This document shows positions 28,625 to 37,931 of a stretch of 64,000 nucleotides of DNA, piece by piece. The stretch spans positions 1-64,000 of IMG/VR virus record IMGVR_UViG_3300045135_002262. One strand, given 5' to 3'. Every line of letters starts with the position of its first letter. Position 1 is the first letter of the stretch. The DNA is from a virus. Both the position numbers and the translations under genes were made by a program. The notes under the pieces were generated by a model, which made no database searches, was not told where the DNA came from, and worked only from the letters and a program-made list of their open reading frames with translations.

Positions 28625-28724
28625 GACCGATATAAACCTCATTACATTCTTGACAAATGCCATAGGTTCCATGTGACGATGTTACTATCTTCACATCACC
28701 ACCACACTTTTTACAAGTTTTCAT
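28596..28724 (-). CDS. Small zinc-ribbon protein
   Basis: MKTCKKCGG...CQEC. Confidence 0.45.
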   Translation of the reverse strand: MKTCKKCGGDVKIVTSSHGTYGICQECNEVYIGLNIEADHSS

Positions 28725-28726
28725 TG

Positions 28727-28802
28727 TGGGAAATACAGGATTCGAACCTGTGACCCCCCTGCTTGTAAGGCAGGTGCTCTGAACCAACTGAGCTAATTTC
28801 CC
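28727..28802 (-). tRNA. tRNA-Val(TAC)
   Basis: CTTACAA loop. Confidence 0.94.
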
Positions 28803-28828
28803 GGTGCTACTACTCCGATTTATTTATT

Positions 28829-29212
28829 TTACTTTTTTAGATCATTTACTTTATGAGAAAGCAGATCTACAAATGCTGTATTATCATTAAATTTAGCATT
28901 TAAATCGGCGATGTGTTTTGAAATACCATCTGCCATTTTGTCTGTACGAGAATCAACATACTTATAAAGTTCGTTTAAATTATCCTCGTGGTTTTGATAA
29001 AGTTTATCAGCATATTCATAATGCTTATGATTTATTTTATCAACTCTATCAATTTCTTGATCGATTCTACGCTCGATCATGTCGATGCGATCATAAAGAT
29101 CTTTTTCAGTGTTTGCGAACTCTTTTAGTTCACTCTTAATCCTAAACACACTCACAACAGCCATTACTACAGCCACTGAAAGCATACCTAAAACAAAATA
29201 AAGTGTTTCCAT
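28829..29212 (-). CDS. Membrane-anchored coiled-coil protein (start moved to METLYF)
   Basis: N-terminal TM helix; YVDSRTDK; the longer track ORF overlaps tRNAs. Confidence 0.7.
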   Translation of the reverse strand: METLYFVLGMLSVAVVMAVVSVFRIKSELKEFANTEKDLYDRIDMIERRIDQEIDRVDKINHKHYEYADKLYQNHEDNLNELYKYVDSRTDKMADGISKHIADLNAKFNDNTAFVDLLSHKVNDLKK

Positions 29213-29253
29213 AATTCTTAAATTTTTATTTATGGAATAGTAGCACTTTTTAG

Positions 29254-29325
29254 TACGCCGGGAAGGATTCGAACCCTCATCGCCTGATCCGTAGTCAGGA
29301 ATTCTATCCATTGAACTACCAGCGC
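29254..29325 (-). tRNA. tRNA-Arg(ACG)
   Basis: CTACGGA loop. Confidence 0.93.
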
Positions 29326-29338
29326 AAAAAACATTTAG

Positions 29339-29419
29339 TACACAAGGTGGGAATCGAACCCACACACTTAAAGTACCAGATCCTAAATCTGGCGCGTCTA
29401 CCAATTCCGCCACTTGTGC
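29339..29419 (-). tRNA. tRNA-Leu(TAG)
   Basis: TTTAGGA loop; variable arm. Confidence 0.93.
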
Positions 29420-29423
29420 AGTT

Positions 29424-29515
29424 TGCCGGGGTGGGATTTGATACCCACACAAAATACCTCCACTCGAGTTGGATATTCTACGGATGTCCGCGCCTCTGCT
29501 GTTGGGCTACCCGGC
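29424..29515 (-). ncRNA. Aberrant tRNA-like RNA without a canonical anticodon loop
   Basis: 6-bp acceptor GCCGGG/CCCGGC, D-like arm, truncated CGG-ACAT-CCG arm, long extra arm, T arm GTGGG-TATCAAAT-CCCAC. Confidence 0.7.
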
Positions 29516-29518
29516 TAG

Positions 29519-29601
29519 TTGGAGTGGAGGGACTCGAACCCCCAAGCCTAAAAAGGACCTGATTTACAGTCAGGCGAGCCAACCAATTGCTCAACACTCC
29601 A
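29519..29601 (-). tRNA. tRNA-Tyr(GTA)
   Basis: CTGTAAA loop; variable arm. Confidence 0.9.
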
Positions 29602-29606
29602 TTAAT

Positions 29607-29820
29607 AAACAGGGTTTCTGTTTTAAAGTTATCGTACCATCGCGAATGGACAACTCCCTGTATTTTATAGAGGCTCCCTCACCGACACGAATCACTTTTC
29701 CCATATTCTCTCCGGGGCACTGCCGTTAAATGAGCCACGATGTACACTTCAAATATTCCGACCTACTAAGTGATTTGTTTCAGTCCATATACTTCAAGGA
29801 TCCAGATCGCTTCTTCTCCT
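29607..29820 (-). ncRNA. Unassigned structured RNA between tRNA-Ile and tRNA-Tyr
   Basis: GGCTC/GAGCC enclosing GGCA/TGTC; ACAGGG/CCCTGT enclosing AGTTGTC/GATAACT and CCAT/ATGG. Confidence 0.5.
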
Positions 29821-29825
29821 CTTTG

Positions 29826-29899
29826 TAGTCTCGGGCGGACTCGAACCGCCAACCCCTCGCGTATCAGGCGAGTGCTCTAACCAATTGAGCTACGAGACT
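29826..29899 (-). tRNA. tRNA-Ile(GAT)
   Basis: CTGATAC loop. Confidence 0.94.
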
Positions 29900-29920
29900 T
29901 TAAACCATTAAGTAAAGAAC

Positions 29921-30118
29921 TTAGACTTCCATCTGCAAGTCGTGGAAACACTCCTTACATAAGAACTCCATTACAGTTACGTTTCGAACATCTGCCTCGA
30001 AAGGGTTTTCAGTCCAAACACCTAACTCTCGTTCGCAGCTTTCGCAAGTGTCAACTAAGTCGCCGAACAATTCTCTTGCAACTGCTTCTTTTTCCTGTTT
30101 TGTCATCATCTTTTCCAT
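29921..30118 (-). CDS. Small CxxC...CxxC protein
   Basis: CESC...CKEC; class I promoter at 30183-30213. Confidence 0.6.
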   Translation of the reverse strand: MEKMMTKQEKEAVARELFGDLVDTCESCERELGVWTENPFEADVRNVTVMEFLCKECFHDLQMEV

Positions 30119-30375
30119 AGTTTTAAAATTTAATTAAGGTTTTCTGTCTCTATTAAATCAACTATCACTGATGATTACTCTACTAATATACGAAATTCCG
30201 TTCAGATAAAAAAATGTTTGAGCAACTTTTTTTAAAATATTTCTAACTTATCTTACCCTCAGCCGGAAACCCTTAATTATATTCAGGCCCTCTTTAAAAG
30301 TTTCAGATCATGTTCCATAAACGTGGCTTTTTAACTTTAAGCCACAAAGCCACGGTCTTACCGGCCAACCACATT

Positions 30376-30564
30376 TTAAAGCGCATGACCTAACTTTTCG
30401 TGTAACCTCTTCATGTGTTTACATGGTCTGTATCGACTAAATTCTCTTGCTTTACAATCACAATCTACAATCTTCCAATCTGTAACCTTAACTCTGTAAT
30501 AGCTAAGCTTGCCAGTTTTCTTATTGCGAGATCCCATCTCTTTGTAATACCAAGTTTTACTCAT
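30376..30564 (-). CDS. SWIM-type zinc-finger protein
   Basis: CDC...PCKH. Confidence 0.7.
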   Translation of the reverse strand: MSKTWYYKEMGSRNKKTGKLSYYRVKVTDWKIVDCDCKAREFSRYRPCKHMKRLHEKLGHAL

Positions 30565-30712
30565 TGTCTAGATCTTTTTTCCAGGACTTATCCTTTCGGT
30601 TATACTTATTTTTATCACCATGATCCTTTTGAATCATCTTACGACGAATCAATTGGCTAAGGTGTCTTTCGTTATACCCATCAATATCAGAACGGGAGGT
30701 CTTCTTTTTCAT
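30557..30712 (-). CDS. 51-aa basic protein (not in ORF track)
   Basis: MKKKTSRSDIDGYNERHLSQLIRRKMIQKDHGDKNKYNRKDKSWKKDLDNE; overlaps both neighbours. Confidence 0.55.
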   Translation of the reverse strand: MKKKTSRSDIDGYNERHLSQLIRRKMIQKDHGDKNKYNRKDKSWKKDLDNE

Positions 30713-30920
30713 CTTTAACAATTTTTTCAAGCTTTAGCTTCTCAATATCTATCTCTGTAGTGATCAAAGAAGCGAAAGGTCTTTGCATTAAACCAGAAAT
30801 AATCCAATCTTGTGCCGGCCATTTTAGGTTTTGATTATCTGCAATCATATTAGCTTTTGAGAATGCATGTTTGTCATCTCTAGCTTCTATATCCATTTGG
30901 AACGTTACTGTGTATCTCAT
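30687..30920 (-). CDS. Hypothetical early protein ending EDLPF
   Basis: Class I promoter at 30938-30969. Confidence 0.65.
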   Translation of the reverse strand: MRYTVTFQMDIEARDDKHAFSKANMIADNQNLKWPAQDWIISGLMQRPFASLITTEIDIEKLKLEKIVKDEKEDLPF

Positions 30921-31013
30921 ATCTTTTATTTACATAGCTAATATACAAAATTCCAGTGACATAAAAAAATGTTTAACTAATTATTTTCACTAAAGGTGCA
31001 CGATACATAAATT

Positions 31014-31505
31014 ATGAAGAGACTGTTGTTTATATTATTCTTTATAATGTCAAGCTGCATATATGAAAATCATGCAAGCCCTGGCGTAGAAGATTATCAA
31101 CAGACAGTAAATCACACAGACTTGGCATTAATGAAAGCAATCTTAGAGAAATACGCTCCAGAAGCTAAAGTCTATTTCATTTTAGATCAACCACTTTCTT
31201 ACGGGATCTTAGGTATTACAAACCAACTTGCCCCACATACATATTTAGTTCAAGTTCATTCTTTAAATCCAATGGTTCGTGAAACCCTATATCATGAAAT
31301 GGGTCATGTAATCGATGCTGAACTTGGCCGATTAGATTTCAGAGGTGAAATGCGATGGGACGGTATCAAATGTAATTTTAAACAAGATTGGCAAACTAGA
31401 CCATGGGAGATCTCTGCTAACGAATGGCGAGATTGTTTAAGATACGAATTCGAAAACAGAGAATTGAACTATAACTATTATTTATACGATTACTTATTTA
31501 AATAA
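31014..31505 (+). CDS. Putative lipoprotein zinc metallopeptidase (HEXXH)
   Basis: IMSS-C lipobox-like; TLYHEMGH; RPWE. Confidence 0.75.
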   Translation: MKRLLFILFFIMSSCIYENHASPGVEDYQQTVNHTDLALMKAILEKYAPEAKVYFILDQPLSYGILGITNQLAPHTYLVQVHSLNPMVRETLYHEMGHVIDAELGRLDFRGEMRWDGIKCNFKQDWQTRPWEISANEWRDCLRYEFENRELNYNYYLYDYLFK

Positions 31506-34013
31506 TTATCTCTTTATAATCTTTAAAGACTTGGTTTCTTTTTGAGTCTTAACTAATACAATATACATTCCTGTTGGAAATCTTGACATATTAAAAGTAA
31601 ATATGTTATCGCTCGTTGTCTTATTAAATAACATTTGACCTGAAAGGTTATAAATAAAGACTTGACTATTATTGGTTAAACCAGTGATATTGATTTGATC
31701 AACTGTTGGATTAGGATATGCAACAATCTTTGTGATTATAGGATCAACTGGATCTACAGGATCTCCACCTCCGTTATCTCCATCGCCGTTACCGTTATCT
31801 CCATCTCCATTGTCATCTCCACCATCTCCATCTCCATCGCCATTTCCGCCGCCATTGTCCCCGCCGCCTGAAGTTTCTATTGTAATTTTACCATTTACAG
31901 GTATTTGAAGCGAATATATAATATTTAGGTTCTCATCAACCGAATCAATCTGTGCGGTTGCAACATTAAATCCATTATAAAGACTCTTATCTAAAGAACC
32001 TATAAGATCTTCTAAATAATTATCTAAGTTTCTTAATTCTGATATATCAGTAACAACAGTATCTTTTTTAATATTTACAAACTTAAATGGATTTGTAAAT
32101 GCATCTACTATCTCAAAATCTATAATTCCAGATTGATTTAAAACATATGTAATAGAATCATTTTCAATTTCAGGTTGTGCAAAATCATAAGACTTTAAAT
32201 AAGGATCTGAGATTTGATTATTATCAATAGCTACTTTAATTTCGTTTAGATATTCTTGGTACAATGGTTCTAATGTAGTATCATTTGCTATTTGATCTAA
32301 AAGTGCAAAGAATTCTGTTGCATTATCTTCTTTAATAAATTTAAACAAGTCTTTTAATTCACTGTACTTATTGTTATATAAGAAACCCCATGTAGCTTCT
32401 GAGTACGCATACATCTTAAACCCATAATCATAACTTGTATTTATAGATTTCTTAAGAGTAAATGTGTCGTTGTTATAAATGTTATTTGCTATTTCATAAC
32501 CCATAGCTTCTGAAATAAAGAAGCCTTTTTGTAGACTTGCACCAGCTACAAAATTTGCAAGACCCTCAACCCAGAATACAGACTTTCTAAGATCATAAAT
32601 ATCTGATTCTAAATAATCACCTTCAATATTATATCTGCCATCTAAGTAGTGTACATATTCATGTTTAAGTAACATTTCTAACGTTAGCACAGGATCATTT
32701 CTATCAAATGTGTACAATCCTTTGTTTTCAATATAAATACCTCCATTATTTGTTGGCACATTAAATAAAATACTTCCATATGTGCTATAGGCAAAATCAG
32801 ATTCAAAAATATAAAGATCTATTGCATAGTTAGGATCTGATGCTAAAGGTGTTGTATCACCTGATAACTTAAAGAAATTAGCCCTAGCTTCTCTTAAGGC
32901 TAAATACATTTTTTGCACTCGACTAGGACTTATATTTGTATGTATGATAATAGAATCATCGTCATACTTATATGTGTTTTGAAAGTTTAATTCATAATAC
33001 CTTTGTTTATACGTTTCAATATCCACATCAAACTGTATTCCTGTCATGTGAATAATATTCGCAATAGTTCCTAATAGTTTAGCATGCCTATAATCACCAA
33101 ATTCATATGAATTTATTAATGCAGAAGTTCTATTAGCTAAACCAACTAAATCATAATTAGGCAGTATTGTTCTTGCATATTCATCATATTTTACAAATAT
33201 AGGATATAAGATATTAATAAAATTACCTGCAATATATTCTTGGTTATTATCAATAAACCAATCATTTTCAATTATACTAAATATACTATTAATAAACCTA
33301 TCATCTGCTGCACTTTTAATAATAAAAGCATTATCGCCATTTAAATAACCTCGCCAAATTATACTTGAAATTGCACTTAAATGAGTTACCTGTGGCGTTG
33401 AGTGTTCAATATCATCAATTGATTGCTTCTGTAAATTAAGCATTATTAAATCATACGCATCTGCCCTGTGGCCTGGAATATCTAATAGTAATGTTGCAAA
33501 CCATCTAAAATAATCTAAATCATCAGACTTTAACCAATATTTTTCTGAATTGTATAAAACTTCTAATGTAATTAATAACTCAGAGATATAAGATTCTGAT
33601 AAAGAAACCGAGCTTTGATAAAATGCATGATATTCCAACATTTTAAAGTATTTTATAAACTTTTCTGGATTCTTATCTGATAGGTTTATATCTATTAATT
33701 GTATAATATTTTCTTTAAAATATTGTGCAGCTTTAATAGCGTTTTGACTTGAAAATATAGTTGTTTGACCTGATTGTGAAAAGTTTTCTAAGAATTGTAT
33801 GACAGTTTCTAAATCTGTAGATAATAGATATTCAACTGCATCTACTTCTTGTTTAGCAGATTGTGCTATTGTAAACTTATAATCCTTTTTAGTTTTAGGA
33901 TTAATCTTTGCTTCAACCGTACAGAAATAATTATCAGTTGGTCTTTCGATTGGCGGTTCTTGTGCTAATAAACTTAGCGGTAAAAATGTTAGAAATAATA
34001 ATAGTTTTTTCAT
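31506..34013 (-). CDS. M9-family collagenase with signal peptide and T9SS type-A C-terminal domain
   Basis: MKKLLLFL leader; TNNGGIYIE, LKHEYVHYLDGRY, WVEGLA; Gly/Asp linker; AYPNPT..IYNLSGQ..GMYIV..KIIK. Confidence 0.9.
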   Translation of the reverse strand: MKKLLLFLTFLPLSLLAQEPPIERPTDNYFCTVEAKINPKTKKDYKFTIAQSAKQEVDAVEYLLSTDLETVIQFLENFSQSGQTTIFSSQNAIKAAQYFKENIIQLIDINLSDKNPEKFIKYFKMLEYHAFYQSSVSLSESYISELLITLEVLYNSEKYWLKSDDLDYFRWFATLLLDIPGHRADAYDLIMLNLQKQSIDDIEHSTPQVTHLSAISSIIWRGYLNGDNAFIIKSAADDRFINSIFSIIENDWFIDNNQEYIAGNFINILYPIFVKYDEYARTILPNYDLVGLANRTSALINSYEFGDYRHAKLLGTIANIIHMTGIQFDVDIETYKQRYYELNFQNTYKYDDDSIIIHTNISPSRVQKMYLALREARANFFKLSGDTTPLASDPNYAIDLYIFESDFAYSTYGSILFNVPTNNGGIYIENKGLYTFDRNDPVLTLEMLLKHEYVHYLDGRYNIEGDYLESDIYDLRKSVFWVEGLANFVAGASLQKGFFISEAMGYEIANNIYNNDTFTLKKSINTSYDYGFKMYAYSEATWGFLYNNKYSELKDLFKFIKEDNATEFFALLDQIANDTTLEPLYQEYLNEIKVAIDNNQISDPYLKSYDFAQPEIENDSITYVLNQSGIIDFEIVDAFTNPFKFVNIKKDTVVTDISELRNLDNYLEDLIGSLDKSLYNGFNVATAQIDSVDENLNIIYSLQIPVNGKITIETSGGGDNGGGNGDGDGDGGDDNGDGDNGNGDGDNGGGDPVDPVDPIITKIVAYPNPTVDQINITGLTNNSQVFIYNLSGQMLFNKTTSDNIFTFNMSRFPTGMYIVLVKTQKETKSLKIIKR

Positions 34014-34030
34014 TAGTAAAAATTTATAGT

Positions 34031-34062
34031 CAAATATACAAAAAATATTTGACATAAAAAAA
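34031..34062 (-). promoter_or_regulatory. Class I promoter of the collagenase gene
   Basis: TTTTTTTATGTC..TTTTGTATATTTG. Confidence 0.7.
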
Positions 34063-34088
34063 TAAAAGGTCCATAAAGGACCTTTTAT
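34062..34088. terminator. Inverted repeat, probable intrinsic terminator
   Basis: ataaaaggtcc-ataaa-ggaccttttat. Confidence 0.65.
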
Positions 34089-34405
34089 TATTCATTTGTT
34101 TGATGTGCTCTATCAAAATCGGCTCGTATTACATGCTCTGCATTAATAGCTTCGGCAGTTATTGCCTCACCAACTTCTTGCTTCTTATACAATTCACCGA
34201 ATTTACCGTGATTAATTAGTTCATACTTATTACCATTATTAGTGGTTGTGAACTTAATAATCATAGTTGAAGCTGTAGGAACTACAATGTTTGTAACATC
34301 AACTACAGTGTTTTCATATCTTTTAACCCTGTTTTTAGCAATCTCTAATCTCTTTTTCCAGAATCTATAAAGAAATGTATTGCCTGTAATTGTAAATTGC
34401 GCCAT
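34088..34405 (-). CDS. Hypothetical protein
   Basis: Coupled 105-aa ORF. Confidence 0.55.
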   Translation of the reverse strand: MAQFTITGNTFLYRFWKKRLEIAKNRVKRYENTVVDVTNIVVPTASTMIIKFTTTNNGNKYELINHGKFGELYKKQEVGEAITAEAINAEHVIRADFDRAHQTNE

Positions 34406-34716
34406 TATAAATAGTCTTCAATTTCTGTCATATCTAAATCTACAGGTCCGTCAGCTGCGCCTCCTAATTCTTCAGGATTACCCCATGCACTAATTACAGC
34501 TGAAAGTATTTTATGATTTTCAGGACCATCTTCATAATCAAGTTCATTCCAACCATTACCTTCTTCGAAGATATAAAGTTCTGCGCCATTGTCATCTTCA
34601 GAGTAGCGATATGTAATTTCTTCACCGTTTATATCTACTTTACCCTGCCAGGTGGTCATGCTATATCTTACATAACCTTCTTCTAATACTGTAAGTGTGT
34701 TAGCCATATTACTCAT
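34405..34716 (-). CDS. Acidic hypothetical protein
   Basis: Coupled 103-aa ORF. Confidence 0.6.
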   Translation of the reverse strand: MSNMANTLTVLEEGYVRYSMTTWQGKVDINGEEITYRYSEDDNGAELYIFEEGNGWNELDYEDGPENHKILSAVISAWGNPEELGGAADGPVDLDMTEIEDYL

Positions 34717-35452
34717 TGTCTATAATTAAATTAATAAATTTGTCTGTTCTAATTTGACTGTCCTGATCTGAGATCGCGTTAACAGGATCATGATGCACTT
34801 CACAGAAAATACCAGTGTATCCAAAGATTGGAGCTGCTTCAAAATATTTCATCGCTAATTCCCAATCTCCACCGTTTCTACCAGTTTCTTTTACTCGTTG
34901 CGTTGAGTGTCCCACATCAAAAATAACTTCATCAAAATGTTCTGCAAGATACGGCACTGCACCAAAATCAACTAATAGTTGCCCATAACCAAATTGAGTG
35001 CCTCGCTCTGTAACCCAAACTTCTGCGTTAGGATTTACAGATCTAACCTTTGAAAGTGCACCAACAATAGTCTTTGGCGTAATCCACTGACCTTTCTTAA
35101 TATTGATCACATCAAAAAGTTTTGCAGCCTCTACAATCAAATCAGTTTGCTTACAAAGAAACGCAGGAATTTGAATAGCATCTACAACTTCTTTTAGAAT
35201 TTTTGCTTGTGAAGTTTCGTGCAGGTCTGTAATAAATTTCACATCTGGATATTTAACCTTTAGTTTTCTAAAGATCTCAATACCTTCTTGTAAACCTGGG
35301 CCACGATCTCCTTCAATATTAGTGCGATTAGCCTTATCAAAAGAACCTTTGAAATACCAATTTTTACCAACCATTGTTGGATAGACTTGATCTAAAATCT
35401 TTTCAGCTGTTTCGTAGCTTTCAAGGCTACATGGACCTACAATATAAACCAT
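34709..35452 (-). CDS. kdsA: KDO-8-phosphate synthase
   Basis: GPC, FKGSFDKANRT, QIPAFLCKQTDL, NIKKGQ, TERG..FGY, HSTQ, EVH..P..A.SD. Confidence 0.93.
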   Translation of the reverse strand: MVYIVGPCSLESYETAEKILDQVYPTMVGKNWYFKGSFDKANRTNIEGDRGPGLQEGIEIFRKLKVKYPDVKFITDLHETSQAKILKEVVDAIQIPAFLCKQTDLIVEAAKLFDVINIKKGQWITPKTIVGALSKVRSVNPNAEVWVTERGTQFGYGQLLVDFGAVPYLAEHFDEVIFDVGHSTQRVKETGRNGGDWELAMKYFEAAPIFGYTGIFCEVHHDPVNAISDQDSQIRTDKFINLIIDNE

Positions 35453-36093
35453 TAGTTTGAGTGTTCAAAGAATTGTTCAGTGTGAATATCTGTCAAATGG
35501 TGTTCTGTTAAAGTCTTCATAATTTTCCAAGGCACTGTGATTGTATGCGCACCGGCTTTAAGAGCATCTTTAACGTGTTGTGAATTTCTAACAGAAGAGA
35601 ACATTACTTTAGTGTCGTAGTTGTATTCTTTAATAACATCTACAATTGCTTTAACAAGTGAAACACCGTCACCACCTTGATCTTGAAGACGACCAACTAA
35701 CGGACATACATAAGTTGCACCAGCTTCTAAAGCCATATAAGCCTGTTGTAAAGTATACACTAAGTGTAAATTGACTTTAAAGCCTTTATTAGTTAGGATC
35801 TTGCAAGCCTTAATACCTTCAAGTGACATTGGAATTTTATACACGGTAGTGTCGCGCTCAAGACCTAATTTTTCTTGGCGAAATGCTTCTGCAACAATTT
35901 CATCAGCAGTGCGGCCTAAAGCCTCAATTTGTAGAATTGGCACTTCGTTAGATAGTTTTACAATTGCAGCATCAACATCTTCAATGCCTTCTCGGTGCAT
36001 AAATGTTGGAGTAGTTGTAACACCACGAATAATTCCAAGCTTATTTGCTTCTTCGATTTCTTCTAATTTAACTGAGTCTAAATATAATTCCAT
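35452..36093 (-). CDS. Transaldolase / fructose-6-phosphate aldolase (TalC/FSA-type)
   Basis: LYLDS, GVTTTP, YKIPMS, GATYVCPLVGRLQD, SVRN, TVP. Confidence 0.9.
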   Translation of the reverse strand: MELYLDSVKLEEIEEANKLGIIRGVTTTPTFMHREGIEDVDAAIVKLSNEVPILQIEALGRTADEIVAEAFRQEKLGLERDTTVYKIPMSLEGIKACKILTNKGFKVNLHLVYTLQQAYMALEAGATYVCPLVGRLQDQGGDGVSLVKAIVDVIKEYNYDTKVMFSSVRNSQHVKDALKAGAHTITVPWKIMKTLTEHHLTDIHTEQFFEHSN

Positions 36094-36120
36094 TAATCTA
36101 TTATTTAGTAATTATATGGG

Positions 36121-36606
36121 TTAATCCCACCAAGTTTCAATGTTTTTATGAATATATTGCCATGTTAATTTTTTGGCACGGTCTGCTTTTTTATACGCTG
36201 CATACATGTGTGCATCGTAAAATTTATTGATTTCTTTATTGTGTTCTGCATCTTCAGCAGAATCCCATACAATATCTAATAAGTATTCATCTTCTCCACC
36301 TTCTGTGAATTCTTTAAATACTATTTCAGATTTACCATATTGACGTTCAAACTCCGCTTCAGCTTGTTCTACATAACCACCCTGATATCCATTATCAATA
36401 AGTTCGCAAGCTCTTTTAATCTGAAGTGCTACTAAATCACTATTCTCAAGATGGCCTGATTTCTTAATAAACTTGCCAGTTCTTTCTAATTGATATCTGA
36501 ACATTTCAATACTATAACCGTAATCATAGTCATCAGTTTTCCAAATTACTGGAATATACTGAATAAGTCTTTTTAACTTTCTAAAGAATATTTTGATTTT
36601 CCGCAT
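36121..36606 (-). CDS. Hypothetical phage protein
   Basis: IPVIWKTDDYDY...WWD. Confidence 0.65.
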   Translation of the reverse strand: MRKIKIFFRKLKRLIQYIPVIWKTDDYDYGYSIEMFRYQLERTGKFIKKSGHLENSDLVALQIKRACELIDNGYQGGYVEQAEAEFERQYGKSEIVFKEFTEGGEDEYLLDIVWDSAEDAEHNKEINKFYDAHMYAAYKKADRAKKLTWQYIHKNIETWWD

Positions 36607-36850
36607 ATTGATTACATTAAAGGTCCAGCACTACCGGAATGAATTGCAGCTTTAATACGTTGCTCTTCTAACCAAGCAAGATACTTAAAAAATTGTTTGA
36701 TCTTTTTCATAATTATACTGTTAATCCGCCAATTATTCTACTATCGGCCAAATAAAAATATATACATAATACTTATATGGTTAATCTTCTAAAAGTTTCA
36801 TTGGAGTCAATTGACCGTTTTCATAAACAACATATCCTCCACTTGGCATT

Positions 36851-37120
36851 TTAATCGTCAGTTCGTTCTCTTAAATGAAAAAACTCTGGCATATCCTGGT
36901 TGTATTGGTCAGGGTTTTGTTCACGATGCCAGAAATCGTATTCTTGACTGAATTCACCAACAGCCTTTTGGAAAGGCATTACACATTCAATGTCAGTATG
37001 ATTACACTGCCAAAATTCAGCCTTTTTAATACCCATGCCAAACCATTCCCAGGCTTGAAACTTTTCAGGATTGGTCTCTTTCCAATCTTGTACTGTTTGT
37101 ACTGCTTGTTGATAATTCAT
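36851..37120 (-). CDS. Hypothetical protein
   Basis: 89-aa ORF. Confidence 0.55.
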   Translation of the reverse strand: MNYQQAVQTVQDWKETNPEKFQAWEWFGMGIKKAEFWQCNHTDIECVMPFQKAVGEFSQEYDFWHREQNPDQYNQDMPEFFHLRERTDD

Positions 37121-37121
37121 T

Positions 37122-37379
37122 CTATTCCATGTTTAAGCTTAGTATTCTTACTAGATCTTCTAAATCACCACTGCCCTTAATCTTCAAATCATAGTATTCA
37201 AAGATACTGGCCCACCAGCCCTCTTCTTCAGCTTCAATTTGAGTGTTGGTTATCAAAAGAATTTCACCAATCTGTAAGCGATAGTAATATTCATATGCAC
37301 CATGCATTCCTTCTTCTTCTGGAATGTTCTGCTTATCAAAGCCTAAATCAATAAATGTTTGTTCTGTCATTCTATTCAA
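37122..37379 (-). CDS. Hypothetical protein
   Basis: 85-aa ORF. Confidence 0.6.
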   Translation of the reverse strand: MNRMTEQTFIDLGFDKQNIPEEEGMHGAYEYYYRLQIGEILLITNTQIEAEEEGWWASIFEYYDLKIKGSGDLEDLVRILSLNME

Positions 37380-37599
37380 ATTTTACTCCATTCTCAAACA
37401 TAATCTCACGGAGCTGGTCTCTACATTTTTCAAATGTTTCATGCTTGTCCTTACTGTATTCATCGTCAGACATATACTTATACTGTGCTCGTAACCATTG
37501 GTCCATTTCCCATAACACAGAATGCATATCTGAACCTTTAGTTGCCATTTCAAACTCTGTGTGGTCTTCTGGTAGGTTAAATTTTAAGATAGCTTCCAT
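37372..37599 (-). CDS. Hypothetical protein, paralog of 39752-39982
   Basis: AIL.FNLPED...GSD...WEMDQ.LR...Y. Confidence 0.7.
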   Translation of the reverse strand: MEAILKFNLPEDHTEFEMATKGSDMHSVLWEMDQWLRAQYKYMSDDEYSKDKHETFEKCRDQLREIMFENGVKFE

Positions 37600-37931
37600 A
37601 ACTCGTAATTACTATTTTGTGTTTTAAATTTAATATAATCATCTCGCCCTTCCAAGATTTCTGTAATAGAAGTAGTCTGCCAAGTAAAGAACTGATTGAA
37701 TGGAGACATAATTAATGAATAACCAATTGCTGGTTTATTATGTTTGGCTTTGAATCTACCTTCATCATTCCACTCAACCCATATTACTTCCTTAGACTCC
37801 TTAGTCAATCCATCTCGTTCACGAACTAATTTCCAATTAAATTCGTTTTCAATTACACCTTGTTCAACAGCAACCTTCAAAACATTATCTTCTAATGTCA
37901 TTGGGATTTTAGTTTGTTCTATTTTACTCAT
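37584..37931 (-). CDS. Hypothetical protein
   Basis: FTWQTT..FKTQNSNYEL. Confidence 0.65.
   Translation of the reverse strand: MSKIEQTKIPMTLEDNVLKVAVEQGVIENEFNWKLVRERDGLTKESKEVIWVEWNDEGRFKAKHNKPAIGYSLIMSPFNQFFTWQTTSITEILEGRDDYIKFKTQNSNYELWKLS

Noticed and set aside
29424-29515. Calling this element tRNA-Met(CAT)
   Set aside because: The CAT sits in a 4-nt loop, not a 7-nt anticodon loop, and the acceptor stem and T loop are non-canonical.
18833-29729. Track ORFs overlapping tRNAs (18833-19081, 24369-24578, 24704-24889, 24816-25145, 25108-25353, 26089-26528, 29311-29729, 5' part of 28829-29452)
   Set aside because: They run through clear tRNA cloverleaves and are spurious translations.
31760-31870. 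Low-complexity ccatct/ccgtta repeats as a DNA element
   Set aside because: They are explained by the Gly/Asp/Asn linker of the collagenase.
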